DNA of 44,801 nt from Octopus sinensis (taxonomy: Eukaryota). This document shows positions 12,136-24,218 of the stretch, piece by piece. The DNA lies in assembly GCF_006345805.1 (NCBI RefSeq), contig NW_021834855.1, forward strand, positions 1 through 44,801. The letters run 5' to 3'. Under the pieces are notes generated by a model. That model made no database searches. It worked only from the letters and a program-made list of their open reading frames with translations, and was not told the DNA's origin. The position numbers and the translations under genes were made by a program. How positions within the stretch are numbered: position 1 is the first letter of the stretch; each line of letters opens with the position of its first letter.

Positions 12136-12539
12136 TATGTTAGTAATTTATTCAGGTTTCTCAAGTTTTTAGGTTTTTTGTTTTGTTTGTTTTTTGTTTC
12201 TTTTGTTTTCATGTAAAACCCAAAGAACGAACATGATGCCCTGCATCGAGAAAAACGAAGTAACAAATTAGTTTCGGGCTTAGAAGGGTTGTTTAATGGT
12301 AAATAGAGAGTGGGGGATTTAACGGGACAGGGATTAGATGACGTTAGCAAGGATCTAGTTTATAATAAGGTACGGTGGTGTGTACAGTAAATGAGACAGC
12401 TGTCAGATTGCACGAAAGTGTTTTTAGATAGGAGAGTAAGATGGCTGACAGAATAACTTCCACCCCGAGAAGTTCTAATAGGGTCAAAGGATTAAAGAGG
12501 ATTAAAGCGGGTTAGTATACTTGATTGATTAAATTCGTA

Positions 12540-12835
12540 TATATCTGTATGTATACGTATGCATATGTCTGTCTGTGTATGAATGTTTGTGTGTATGTAC
12601 GCACACATGTATGTATGTATGTATGTATGTATGTATGTATGTATGTATGTATGTATGTATGTATGTATGATGTATGTATGTACGTATGTATTTATGTATG
12701 TATGCATGTATGTATGTATGTATGTATGTTGTATGTATGTATGCATGCATGCATGCATGTATGTATGTATGTATGTATGTATGTATGTAGTATGTATGTA
12801 TGTATGTATGTATGTATGCGTGTGTGATTATATAT
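12540..12835. repeat. (TATG)n microsatellite
   Basis: Direct reading. Confidence 0.95.
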
Positions 12836-12894
12836 AGGTAACTTAGCGACAAAAATATTTCTTCAAAACAACGTTTTAATGTCCTTACTAAAAG

Positions 12895-13096
12895 TTTTTT
12901 TCTATATTTAAGAGATGAGGAATTGTGTACATTATTTACATTTGACGGATATTTGTCCTCATCTTGTTTGCTGTTAACACAACGTTCCGGCTGATATACC
13001 CTCCAGCCTTCATCAGGTATCTTGGGGATATGGGGTAGTGTTTAAGAGCGCGGGCTACTAACTCCAAGATTCCGAGTTCGATTCCAGGCAGTGACT

Positions 13097-13163
<67 letters not shown>

Positions 13164-13268
13164 TAATAATATCGAAAAATACCTTAGGAAAGAGAACCCA
13201 GAAATTTTCCCCAAGACACCTGATGAAGGCTGGAGGGTATATCAGCCATCAAATGTAAATAATGTTGA
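12895..13268. mobile_element. Composite retroposon: inverted hammerhead tail, tRNA-like head, (AAT)n, direct hammerhead tail
   Basis: 12895-13030 is the reverse complement of a longer version of 13205-13268; head 13031-13095 has B-box GTTCGATTCC. Confidence 0.75.
12976..13021 (-). ncRNA. Minimal type I hammerhead motif (A13G variant)
   Basis: GAUAC-CUGAUGA-A-GGCUG-(10 nt)-CAGCC-GGAAC-GUU/GUGUU; helices I and II pair, GAAA core reads GGAA. Confidence 0.6.
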
Positions 13269-13629
13269 AGTTTTTATCAAGCAATTTATTTAGCGTTGGA
13301 AACCAATTCTATAACATTTTCTTAGAATAAAACTTCGTGTTGAAAGTCACCATACGTGCTGGGGGTGTAGATGTACCCTGAATTTCAGCAAGTTGTACGT
13401 AAGATATAAATATCAGAGAATAATATAAAACATAATTAATTGAAAAATTTAACTACCATTCATTAAAATTGTATTTCTGTTAATAGCTTTTCGTTAGATT
13501 AATTAGATTCGGTGCATTAAATGGATTAAGAGTATTAAGGAGATTAAATATTACCCATTGCTAAAAAGCAGATGGATTATATTCCTAGGTTTATACGTAA
13601 ATTAAGGCATAGAGTACGTATACGCATGC

Positions 13630-13921
13630 ATGCGCGCATACATACATACATGCATACATACATACATACATACATACATACATACATACATACATACATG
13701 CATGCATGCATGCATACATACATACGTACATACATACATGCATACATACCTGCATACATACATACATGCATGCATACATACATACATGCATACATACATA
13801 CATACATACATACATACATACATAATACATACATACATACGTACATACATACATACGTACATACATACATACATACATATACACACACACACACATATAC
13901 ATACATACATACATACATACA

Positions 13922-13952
<31 letters not shown>
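13630..13952. repeat. (CATA)n microsatellite
   Basis: Direct reading. Confidence 0.95.
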
Positions 13953-13954
<2 letters not shown>

Positions 13955-14334
13955 GGTGGCACTCCGTCGGTTGCGACGACGAGGGTTCCATTTGATCCAA
14001 TCAACGGAACAGCTTGCTCGTGAAATTAATGTGCAAGTGGCTGAGCACTCCACAGACACGTGTACCGTTAACGTAGTTCTCGGGAGATTCAGCGTGACAG
14101 AGATTGTGACAAGGCTGGCCCTTTGAAATACAGGTACAACAGAAACAAGAAGAAAGAGTGAGGGAAAGTTGTGGTGAAAGAGTACAGCAGGGTTCGCTAC
14201 CACCCCCTGCCGAATCCTCATGGAGCTTTAGGTGTTTTCGCTCAATAAACATTCACAACGCCCGGTCTGAGAATCAAAACCGCGATCCTATGACCGCGTG
14301 TCTGCTGCCCTAACCACTGGGCCATTGTGCCTCC

Positions 14335-14335
<1 letters not shown>
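13953..14335 (-). mobile_element. SINE family D, near full length with tRNA-like head
   Basis: Minus-strand head tggaggcacaatggcccagtggttagggc...; body shared with 10927, 33297, 43110; (CATA)n on both sides. Confidence 0.85.
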
Positions 14336-14367
<32 letters not shown>

Positions 14368-14834
14368 CATACATACATACATACATACATACATACATAC
14401 ATACATACATACAGTAAAAACAGCAAGCCAGTCTAATCACAATAGGCCAAGGTTTCTTATATGAGAAAGTGCGCAAAAGTCCTGTACTGTTGTAAAAACG
14501 AGTTGCCTGGCGGTTGCGAATATTTCGCCAAGCTTTTGGGGCAAAATGAAAACATATAAGGATCACTAATATGAGCCCTACATCTCTTATATCCAGACTA
14601 TAGCTTTCCATGTGTTGCTATTATATTAATAATAGGTGCTCTGAGCTACGTATCAAATGCTTTGCATGGAAACTTAAAATATTAAAATTTATCTCTGCAA
14701 ATTTTTTTAAGAATTTAGAGCCAGCACAGAAAGTTATAATGTTTAGTATACGAATACGTCTATGTAAATAATGCAATCGGAGATAGAAAAATAGAATGGG
14801 TGTATATGCATATTTCAGGAGTTATTGCTTTTTC

Positions 14835-14990
14835 GTCAGCTCCACGTCCATCCTTCCCAACCACATGGTTTCGGGTTCAGTCCCACTGTGTGGCCCTTTA
14901 GGCAAGTGTCTTCTACTATATACTCGGGTCGACCAACGGATTGTGAATGGATTTGGTAGACGGAAACTGGAAGAAGCTCGTGGTATATAT
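14835..14990 (+). mobile_element. SINE family B copy
   Basis: aaccacatggtttcgggttcagtcccactg...ggcaagtgtcttctactata. Confidence 0.8.
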
Positions 14991-15224
14991 AAATATAAAT
15001 TTACACACACACACACACACACACACATATTGTGTCCCTGAGAGCAGTTAATAGAAACGTAAAAATGCTTGGGATCTACAAAAAGAACAGAGAAGACTGA
15101 TTTGCATACTGCAGATAAAATTGAAGAAAAGCAAGGAAAAGGTTGGGAAACATTTCAGGGATTCCCTATGTGAGGTTCCTCGGTGAACATACGCTCAGAA
15201 TAACATATATGGAATATTTATATT

Positions 15225-15845
15225 GAGTGCAAGTTTACGAGTGAAAGTTTTTGAGTGCAAGTTCAAGAGTGCAAATTCATGATCTTGCACCCATAAACTT
15301 TCAATCATGAACTTGCACTCATAAACTTGCACACTTGAACTTGCATTCAAAAACTTCACTCATGAGTGCAAGGCTCATAAATTTGAACTCCTGGAGTTGC
15401 CCTTTTGAACTTTGCACCCAAAACATCGCTTATGAGCTTGCACGCATGAAGTTGCACCCATAAACTTGAACTCTTGGAGTTGCACTTGTGAAGTTGCACT
15501 CTTGAACTTGCACACATGAATTTGCAGTCATGAACTTGAACTCATGTACTTCTACTCATGAACTTGTACTCTTGAACTTGCACTGAAAAACTTCAATGAT
15601 GAGCTTGTACTCATGAAGTTGCATTCATAAATTTGAACTCCTGGAGTTGCACTCAGGAACTTGCTCTCTTGATCTTGAACCCATAAACTTTCATTCAAAA
15701 ACTTGCACTCTGGAACTTACACTCATGAGCTTGCACTCAGAAACTTTCACTCACGAGTTCAACTCCAGGAGTACAAGCACATGACTGAAAGTTTATGAGT
15801 GCAAGTTCATGAGTGCAAGTTCATGAGTGCGAGTTCATGAGTGCA
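15225..15845. repeat. Degenerate 14-bp minisatellite (GAGTGCAAGTTCAT) with orientation switches
   Basis: Direct reading of units on both strands. Confidence 0.85.
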
Positions 15846-15869
15846 ACTTCATCCACTCGTAAACATAGC

Positions 15870-16000
15870 TTGTGTCTTTCACCTTTTACTCGTTACAGTC
15901 ACTGGACTGCAGCCATGCTGGAGCACCGCCTCGAAGAATTTCTAGTCGAATTAATCAAATCCAGTACTTATTTTATCAATCACTTTGCCGAACCTCTAGT
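15870..16000 (+). mobile_element. Repeat family C, partial
   Basis: gactgcagccatgctggagcaccgcct...ttttgccgaacc shared with 22440, 30820, 34895. Confidence 0.7.
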
Positions 16001-16316
16001 TGTATGTATGTATGTATGTATGTATGTATGTATGTATGTATACACACACACATACACACACACACACACATACACACACACACACACACACAAACGCACA
16101 CATATATGTATCCCTGTCTTTATAGACACACAAAAGTCCTTCACAGACAACACAATCTCACTCGCCCTCTCTCTTCTCATCTCTTCGGCTCACTCTTCTT
16201 CACCCTTTGCCTACTCTCTGTCTGCCTCTCAGTCTGCCTGTCTGTTTCTGTCACTTTTTATCTGTCTCTGTCTGTCTGTCTATCTCTTTCAATCTCTCCC
16301 TCTCTCTCCGCCTCCC

Positions 16317-16351
<35 letters not shown>

Positions 16352-16392
16352 GTCTGTCTCCCTCTCTCTGTCTCTGTCTCTCTCTCTCTGTT

Positions 16393-16458
<66 letters not shown>

Positions 16459-16592
16459 AGTTATGGTTACAACAAACCAATACCAGAACAGAAATCCTTT
16501 ACCAAATCGCACTTCATCAATAAAATGGGATAATTATTTATTCGGATCACGAAATACAGTAATTAGATATCTCGTCAAAACATCACTCAATG

Positions 16593-16668
<76 letters not shown>

Positions 16669-16900
16669 CGCACAGGCACTCACACATGCACAGGCACTCA
16701 CCCACGCACATACACATACACACACAAACATATACGCACACACACTCACGCACACGCACTCACACACATGCACTCACATATACACGCACATACACACACT
16801 CACACACACTTACACTCACGCGCACACTCACACATACACTCATACATATTCACTCACATACACACGCGCGTACACACTCATACACATTCACATACACACT
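16001..16900. repeat. (TATG)n, (CA)n, (CT)n and degenerate (CA)n microsatellite cluster
   Basis: Direct reading. Confidence 0.85.
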
Positions 16901-17483
16901 GCTTACAGCAATGGCCGTATTGGCTCTTATTGTATATTAAATCTTACTTTCTCTCTTTCCCCTTCTTTCTACACGAAATTGGAAACGCTTCTGTAACGTG
17001 TCCTTTCCTTCTCTCTTTTCTTCTTCCTTTTTTTATAGTACAGACTGTTCAGAAAGTCTCTCCGCAGTATTTTAGTGCGAAATAAATATTTACAAGATGG
17101 TAGAAGACTACAAAAGAACATAGACTTTATAAGACTTTAAAAAACTTTATAAGCGGTTTTGAAAGTGTCGTCCTTCATTTTGAATACGTAAGTTGACTCT
17201 TCTACACATGTTTTGAAATACATCTTAGTGAGTGATTCGTGGAGAGTCAAGATGAAAAAAAAATTCACTGCGGAGAGACTTTTTGAACACTGTATTTTCG
17301 GGTGATTTTCTTATTAAACAACCGCAACGACATCATTCTTCCTTCCTCTCTGCCTTCCTCTCTGCCTTCCTCTTCCTCTCCCTCCTCCTCATCGTCGTCG
17401 TCCTTATAGATGACGACATCGTCCTCTTCTTTCTCCTATTCATTATCATCACCATCGTTGTCTTCGTCGTCATCCTTATTATT

Positions 17484-17690
17484 GGCCAACTAGCTGAATC
17501 GTTACCACGCCGCACAAAATGCTTCGCGATATTTCGTCCGTCCTTACGTTCTGAGTTGAAATTCCGCTGAAGTGGACTTTGCCTTTCACCCTTTTGGAGT
17601 CGATGAAAATAAGTACCAGTTATGCACTGGGTCGATGTAATCAACCAGTCCCCTCCCGCAAAATTTCAGGCCTTGTGCCTATAACAGAAA
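17484..17690 (+). mobile_element. SINE family A copy
   Basis: Shared head and body. Confidence 0.85.
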
Positions 17691-17692
17691 AG

Positions 17693-18055
17693 ATTATCAG
17701 CTCCGCCTTAGCGAAGGCAGAGGTATTGTTTCCAATCGTGTTTGTTTGTTTGTTCATGAACAAGATATCTCAAGAACGGCTGGATGGATTCGGATCAAAC
17801 TTTCAGGAATGTTTGGCCTCGTGACTGGCACGAACTGATTAGATTTTGGGATCGATTCGGTACGGACAAGGATTCAAATTATTTTTCCGGTTTATTTTTT
17901 ACTTTATTTTTGTGAACGGTCGGGTTCATTTTTTAGTTTTCTCGTTTGTGAGAGGAGTCGAGTTTATTTCAGATATTCTCATTTTAAAAATCATCTCTGG
18001 CTCACCGTTGAGAGGACGTTGGCGTTGTTGTTAGTGTTTTATTTGAGTCAATGAG
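17693..18055 (+). mobile_element. HINE/DINE-1-like non-autonomous Helentron element
   Basis: 5' hairpin CTCCGCCTT-agcg-AAGGCAGAG, then (TGTT)n, then atatctcaagaacggctggatggatt..aaacttt core typical of HINEs. Confidence 0.55.
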
Positions 18056-18069
18056 TTGTAAGTGTATAT

Positions 18070-18300
18070 ATTTCTTTATTGCTCACAAGGGACTAAACAT
18101 AGAGGGGACAAACAAGGACAGACAAAGGGATTAAGTCGATTACATCGACCCTAGTGCGAAACTGGTACTTTATTTATCGACCCCAAAAGAATGAAAGGCA
18201 AAGTCGACGTCGGCGGAATTTGAACTCAGAACGTAACGGCAGGCGAAATACGGCTACACATTTCGCCCGGCGTGCTAACGTTTCTGCCAGCTCGCCGCCT
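18070..18300 (-). mobile_element. SINE family A, full copy
   Basis: Head ggcgagctggcagaaacgttagcacgccgggcgaaatg on minus; near-identical to 19978-20210. Confidence 0.9.
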
Positions 18301-18416
18301 TGTGAGTTGGAAGTGTATACGCTCCATGTGAGTACTGTTATTGTTTAATTGTTATTTATTGAATTGTTGGATTGTTGTTACCTGAAATTGTTGAACTTTA
18401 ATTTTCTTCCCCATTT

Positions 18417-19680
18417 ATGGGTGAAGTTGTGAACAATATGGAAGGTACACCAGTGCAAGCGAGCAGTTATGCTGTGGTGACTGGCAAAAGCCTGTCAGCA
18501 GAGGTACTGCAAGTTACAGAAATTAAATACAAGGAGAAAAACTTGAAGAAATACAATGATTTATTGAGAAAGGAGGGAGATAGCCTGAAGTTGACGCCTC
18601 CCAAAGAAGTGTTAGAAAAAACGGAGAAGGAAACTATTGTGTACAGAACATTGAATATTGCAACAAAAAAGGTGAAAATAGCAGCGGTCGAAGCGGTCGA
18701 GGAGTGCCTGAGAGAGATTGAGAACGTAACGACGTACTACACCAGAAGAAGGAAATATGGCACAGTGGAGGTACGCTTCGTGAGTGAAGAAGAAGCGAGA
18801 AAATACTCCACTGTGCCTTTGAGTTCAGCAGAGTAGACACTACTACCGACTTACTGTGACAAACGTGCGGCCAGAGTAAGAATAGGTAAAGTTCCCCCAG
18901 AAATTGATGAGGCGTGGCTGGTGGCAGCCATCCTCTTCAACACAGAGGAGGACACTGAGATATCGAAAATATCAAGAACTGCGGAGGTGAACTGTTGGGG
19001 TATGGACTAGAGGTATTGGTCCATATAAGCTGACCAGACCTCCACAAGATTGCGGAAGAACGGATACTGCCAGACGAAACAAGGTTAAGAATAGTGGTGG
19101 AAGGAAGACCGCCTGTATGTTTTCTGTGTGGAGTAAGGGAACACATGAAAGCTAAGTGTACCCAGAAACACGAAGACGAGGAGAGAGGGAAGGAATATCA
19201 AGAAGAAGAGGGTGCAACCGTGGAGGAGGAGAAAATGGAAGCGCAATATACAGTGGCAAAAAGAAAAAAGAAAGAAGACAGACTCACCACCAAAAGGTCC
19301 GAGGAAGAAAAGAAAAGCAAGCGGAGAAGAGAAGCAGAGTGGAAAACAAGAGAATACGGATGAGAAGAGATAAAACGGAAAGACAACGAAAGTAAGTGAG
19401 GAACGAACGCAGAAACCATCAGCTAGTAAAGAGGTAAGAGTACAAATGAGAAAGGAAAATGAAAGAAAGATGACAGCAACACAGAATGAGAGAGAGAGAG
19501 AGAAAGACACAGACAGACAGACAGACAGAAATGTCAGAGGCAGAGGAGGAGACTGGTGAGGAGAGAAGGAGAGTGACACCCAAAAGGAAAAACATAAGAA
19601 CAATGGTGCAATACCCAAAAAGTGTAGAGATAGAGAAGAGAATTGCTAAGATGAAGAACGTTATCAGAGTGAATTAACGG
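18417..19680 (+). pseudogene. Tx1/L1-like LINE ORF1 (gag-like, zinc knuckle), disrupted
   Basis: YGTVEVRF..EEEARKY, RVRIGKVPPEIDEAWL, VEGRPPVCFLCGVREHMKAKC (CX2CX4HX4C), charged low-complexity tail; stops and frameshifts. Confidence 0.75.
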
Positions 19681-19977
19681 CCAAACAGTATAACGAAGGT
19701 TTTAAAGCGGTTTTATTGGAAAAAGAAAAAAGGGGAGAAATTGAAGGAGTTGTTTGGTGAAAGAATAGAGATGATAGGAATAAATATTGGTTATGACGAA
19801 TTGCCGCCGGTGGTGGCCTTCGAAGAGTTAATAGAATATATGTTATAAACCAACAGATACAAGACCGATATGAACTGTTCATTTAAAAACAGTAAAATAG
19901 AACTACCTGCTTATGGGGGTAGGTAAGCTATTCCATTCTCATTTTCATTATATTCATAATTCATTCGATATGTGTTT

Positions 19978-20210
19978 CTTATTTCTTTATTGCCCACAAG
20001 GGGATAAACTTAGAGGTGACGAATAAGGGCAAACAAAGGGATTAAGTCGATTACATCGACCCCAGTGCGTAACTGGTACTTAATTTATCGACCCCGAAAG
20101 GATGAAAGGCAAAGTCGACCTCGGCGGAATTTGAACCCAGAACGTAGCTGCAGACGAAATACCACTAAGCATTTCTCCCGGCGTGCTAACGTTTCTGCCA
20201 GCTCGCCGCC
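19978..20210 (-). mobile_element. SINE family A, full copy
   Basis: As 18070-18300. Confidence 0.9.
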
Positions 20211-20279
20211 TTTCCATATATGACTTTATGTACCCCAATGTATTGTTTTGTCTGTTTTTGTGTTGTTACTCCTCTATTA

Positions 20280-21600
20280 AGGTGTCAGCTGTTCGCTACC
20301 AATGAACTAAGGTAACACACCTAATTTTTTGAGCACCATCCGGAGTATTCGAGCGGCTCTAAGCAGTGTTGTTTTCTGTAAGAGCTCCAACCTTATTGCA
20401 ACCCCTATTTGTTCCATGTACTTCTCAAGATCTTTACTCAGTTTCCAGGGCTCCGACAATTATTGGTACTACTACCAACTTTTTCATCGACCACAGCTGC
20501 TTAACTTCCCAAGCTAACCTGTCATATCTATCGACTTTTCTTTCTTCTTTATCACATACCTTGTTGTCAACTGGGCATGTTGCCTATCTCATGGTTGCAC
20601 TGACTCATAAAATCCCATAGGATCTTTACATTACCATTTCCGATGATGCCTTCGTGTTTATGTTCGTACCACTTTTTGCTCTGTCAAGTCCATACTTGTT
20701 GCAAAGTGTCCAATGGACAATCTTTGCTATATTGTCATGATGTCTCTGATATTCCTTCTGGGCTAGTGGTGTACATTGACTGGTAATATGCCATACGGTT
20801 TCACCGTTTTGTCCACAAATTCTGCACTTACCACTTTCTGATGTGTTGTCTATTCTGTATTTGATGCTTGCTCTTGGGCAGCAGAGATTAGCGCCTCCAT
20901 TTCCGGTTTTAAATCACTTTTAGTCTTCCATAGCCATCTTCTTTTCTTTGTCTGTCTTATCTTCAACATCCCTATGAAATTGACCATGCATTCTTTTCTT
21001 TATCCACCTCTTTTCAGTTTCATTCATTCTAAAGTGCTTCTACTGTGCTTTATCTTTGCAATCTTTCATCCTACACAAGCTTGACCTACTTACTTCCAAT
21101 AATAGTGCATCTGTGGAATTTTTTACATAACATGCTATGTTGTTTTCTTCTGTTCTAATGCTGTGTTCGCATCCAATCAGTCCTCTTTTCCTTGGAGCGT
21201 ACAGTCTGTCTGTGTCAGTTTTGGGGTGGAGTATCCCATATCTAGTCAGCAACTTCCTTGTCTTTCTTACTAAGCTGTTTAGTTCGTCTACAGTCCATGC
21301 GATTACCCCTGCTCCATATCTAAGGGGAGAAACCGCCCAGATGTTGATAGCTTCGATCTTATTCTGTCCGTTTAATTTCGACTTAAGGATCAGTCTCAGT
21401 CTGCGCAAGTGCTCCACCTTAAATTTTTCTATCATTTCTTTCTCCATCAATTTATCTATTTCCAATATCCTCAAGTACTTATAGCTTGTTTCTTTTATCT
21501 GCTTCATAACCTCCCCCGGCGGTATCATTTGATTTTGCCTCTCTTCAAGACTAACATACCACACTTCTTCAGTCCGATGTTCGTTCTGATACCAGCAGAA
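20280..21600 (-). pseudogene. R4/Dong-clade non-LTR retrotransposon 3' half (RT thumb, CCHC, RLE), disrupted
   Basis: YKYL..KLNGQNKIEAINIWAV..LRY..RKTRKLLT..LHPK.DTDRLY; MHGQF; AAQEQA; CRICGQNGETVWHITSQC; KILWDF; VVPIIVGAL; LLQKTTLLRAARILRMVL. Confidence 0.88.
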
Positions 21601-21635
21601 TAATTTAGTCTTAAAGAGAGGCAAAATTAAATTAT

Positions 21636-21649
21636 TATCATCATCATCA

Positions 21650-21723
<74 letters not shown>

Positions 21724-21938
21724 CATTATTAACCTTGTATACTATGTTTATGTCCCTTCATTTTCATTGTATATCGTGTATATTTACATTAGAAAAAAAA
21801 ATTATTTCATTATATGCAAACCCTCACACTTTATGTCTGTCTTTCTATTGTCCTCCTCATCCTTCGCCTTGGTGGGGCAAATTAATGAAATCATCATCAT
21901 CATCATCGTATTCCTCATCAGCATTATTATTATTATTA

Positions 21939-21984
<46 letters not shown>

Positions 21985-21985
21985 G
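21636..21985. repeat. (ATC)n/(ATT)n trinucleotide microsatellites (two tracts)
   Basis: Direct reading: 21636-21730 and ~21895-21985. Confidence 0.9.
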
Positions 21986-22439
21986 CGTGGGACTGGCATA
22001 ATCGGGAGAAAAGATTATAACACAAGAGGAAAATGCCGTCCGGTCTTTAGTTACAACCGTTTTGTTCAAATTTTAGAAACCTTCTCAATTCAAATATTGG
22101 CTGTTTTGCTTTTCATGCTTCCGAGATTGGAAAAAAAAAACCGAATTAAAATACTAGTCAATAATTAGTCAAAGTAATAACCACACCGCTTTCCACTAGC
22201 ACCACCACCACCAAAACCAAAACCAAAACCACCACCACCACCAACATATTAGAAACCATCAATATTATCTTGTTGGTGGTTGTCATATAAGTTAAACGAT
22301 GAATTAGTCATTTGTATCAGCGTGTAAGATTTATATTTAATATTTTGTGAGTCATCAATTTTATATTTGTTTTTGTGGCGTTTCTTTCGTTATTTGACTT
22401 ATTTATTTATTTATTTATTTATTTTTCTTTTATTTGGTT

Positions 22440-22651
22440 TATTCATTTGACTGCGGCCATGCTGGAACACCGCCTTTAGTAGAAGAAATCGATCCCAGGA
22501 CTTATTCTTTGTCAGCTTACTACTTATTCTATCGGTCTCTTTTGCCAAACTGGTAAGTTACGGGAACGTAAACACTAATATCGGGTGTCAAACGATGGTG
22601 CGGGGTCAAACACACACACACACAACACACACACACACACACACACACACA

Positions 22652-22685
<34 letters not shown>

Positions 22686-22721
22686 TAAGGTATGTAGAAA
22701 AATACAACATGGACAAGAACG

Positions 22722-22767
<46 letters not shown>

Positions 22768-22925
22768 GACGGGCTTCTTTCAGTTTCCGTCTACCAATCT
22801 ACTCACAAGGCTTTGGTCGGCCCGAGGCTATAGCAGAAGACACTTGGCCCAGGTGCCACGCAGTGGGACTGAACCCGGAACCATGTAGATAGTAAGCAAG
22901 ATTCTTATCACACAGCCACGCCTGC
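22440..22925 (-). mobile_element. Bipartite SINE (B half, internal microsatellite, C half)
   Basis: C 22440-22620, (CA)n(TA)n, B 22766-22925; same layout at 34895-35350 and 41290-41640. Confidence 0.85.
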
Positions 22926-23138
22926 TTCTATTTATTTATTTATTTATTTATTTTCAGTCTTTTTTAGTTTTATTTTTTCAGCCTTGGCGTTTGTATTTCG
23001 CCATCATAGACAAAGCATTGTGTACAAAAATTATTTTTAAAAGATTAACACCACAATCCTTTATATCAGCTATTGAATGACATGTTCTGTCCACTCGTTG
23101 GACGAGCATGACCACTGCTGACAGGTGTCAGCTATGCC

Positions 23139-23818
23139 CAGTGGCGGCTCGTGTATAGGCACTGCGGAATTGCAGCACCCCCATTTTCACTTGATATTAT
23201 CGATAACATTCAATATAATGAATCCTTTTTTTAAAAATTCTTTCTTTATACTTGTACATTATATAATCCTTAATTTTAATGTCAGTAGCCATCCCTCAGT
23301 TTATGAAAGAAATTCAAAAATTCTTGTATAGAACTGTCCGCTTCACAGTTCCAGCGATGCGGTGTTTGGCTGTTGTGCGCATGCTCACATGCACGCTAGG
23401 GAGAGAGAGCACTGTTGTTCGTGCAATGCCGACTCTGGTGTGCTGGTGAAAAGTAGTGCTTCTTTTTGACTTCGCGTGTGTTGTGCTTAAAAACGTGTTT
23501 ATATTCTTCAATGTGATAAAATGTAGAATTAGATTATTATCCTGCTTCTAGCTTCAGTGTGGCTGCCAGGATTTGAAAAATAAGGCAGATTTCCCCACTT
23601 ATTTTGTGGTTTAGGGGAAATGTTTGAAAGCAAGGGGGAATTCGTGGCGGTGTTCAGTGAACAAATTAAACACACTACCCGTCAGAAGCTAAAACAAGGA
23701 CGATCATGTTTATAAATTTTCTTTTTATATGTTTGTTTCCTTTTACACAATATTAAAACAACGGCTAAAAATATTCTGAAGCGGCACCCAGACTAATTTT
23801 ATCTACGAGCCTCCACTG
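23139..23818. mobile_element. Non-autonomous hAT DNA transposon, 680 bp
   Basis: 14-bp TIRs CAGTGGCGGCTCGT / ACGAGCCTCCACTG (1 mismatch); perfect 8-bp TSD GCTATGCC at 23131-38 and 23819-26. Confidence 0.92.
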
Positions 23819-23984
23819 GCTATGCCCGTTCAAAGGTTTTAAGTCAAGTATGGCCAGCACAAGACCACAACAACTCTCAATTGAAATACCGAGAAGCCCA
23901 GAGACAAGCAAAGTACAAGATATCCGGTTGAATAGAGTAGTGCGTTTTATATACGAGTTAGACTTCTCCTTGGGCAGTGTTACC

Positions 23985-24218
23985 AACGGAATCCTTAGAT
24001 TCTTATTTTATTCGGATGGATCCTCCTAGACATTCGATGTTTAAAAAAATCATATATTTTCATAATTAAAAATAATTAGGAATTGTATAGAAATAATTGT
24101 TAAAATATTTTGTAAAATTTAGAAGTTTTACCAATTTGTTGCAGATAAAGTTTAACAGCAAAATTTTATATGGACCCCTCCACTTGGGGTCATATGAACT
24201 CCGTTTGAGAATCGTTGA
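23985..24218. mobile_element. Possible degenerate hAT-type MITE
   Basis: Ends cagtgttaccaacgga... and ...tccgtttgagaatcgttg resemble CAGTGGTTCTCAA-type TIRs; no clear TSD. Confidence 0.3.

Noticed and set aside
13031-13095. tRNA gene
   Set aside because: It has A/B-box-like motifs but no complete cloverleaf or acceptor stem; it is a retroposon head.
15225-15845. CRISPR-like array
   Set aside because: Units are directly tandem with no unique spacers, there are no cas genes, and the context is eukaryotic.
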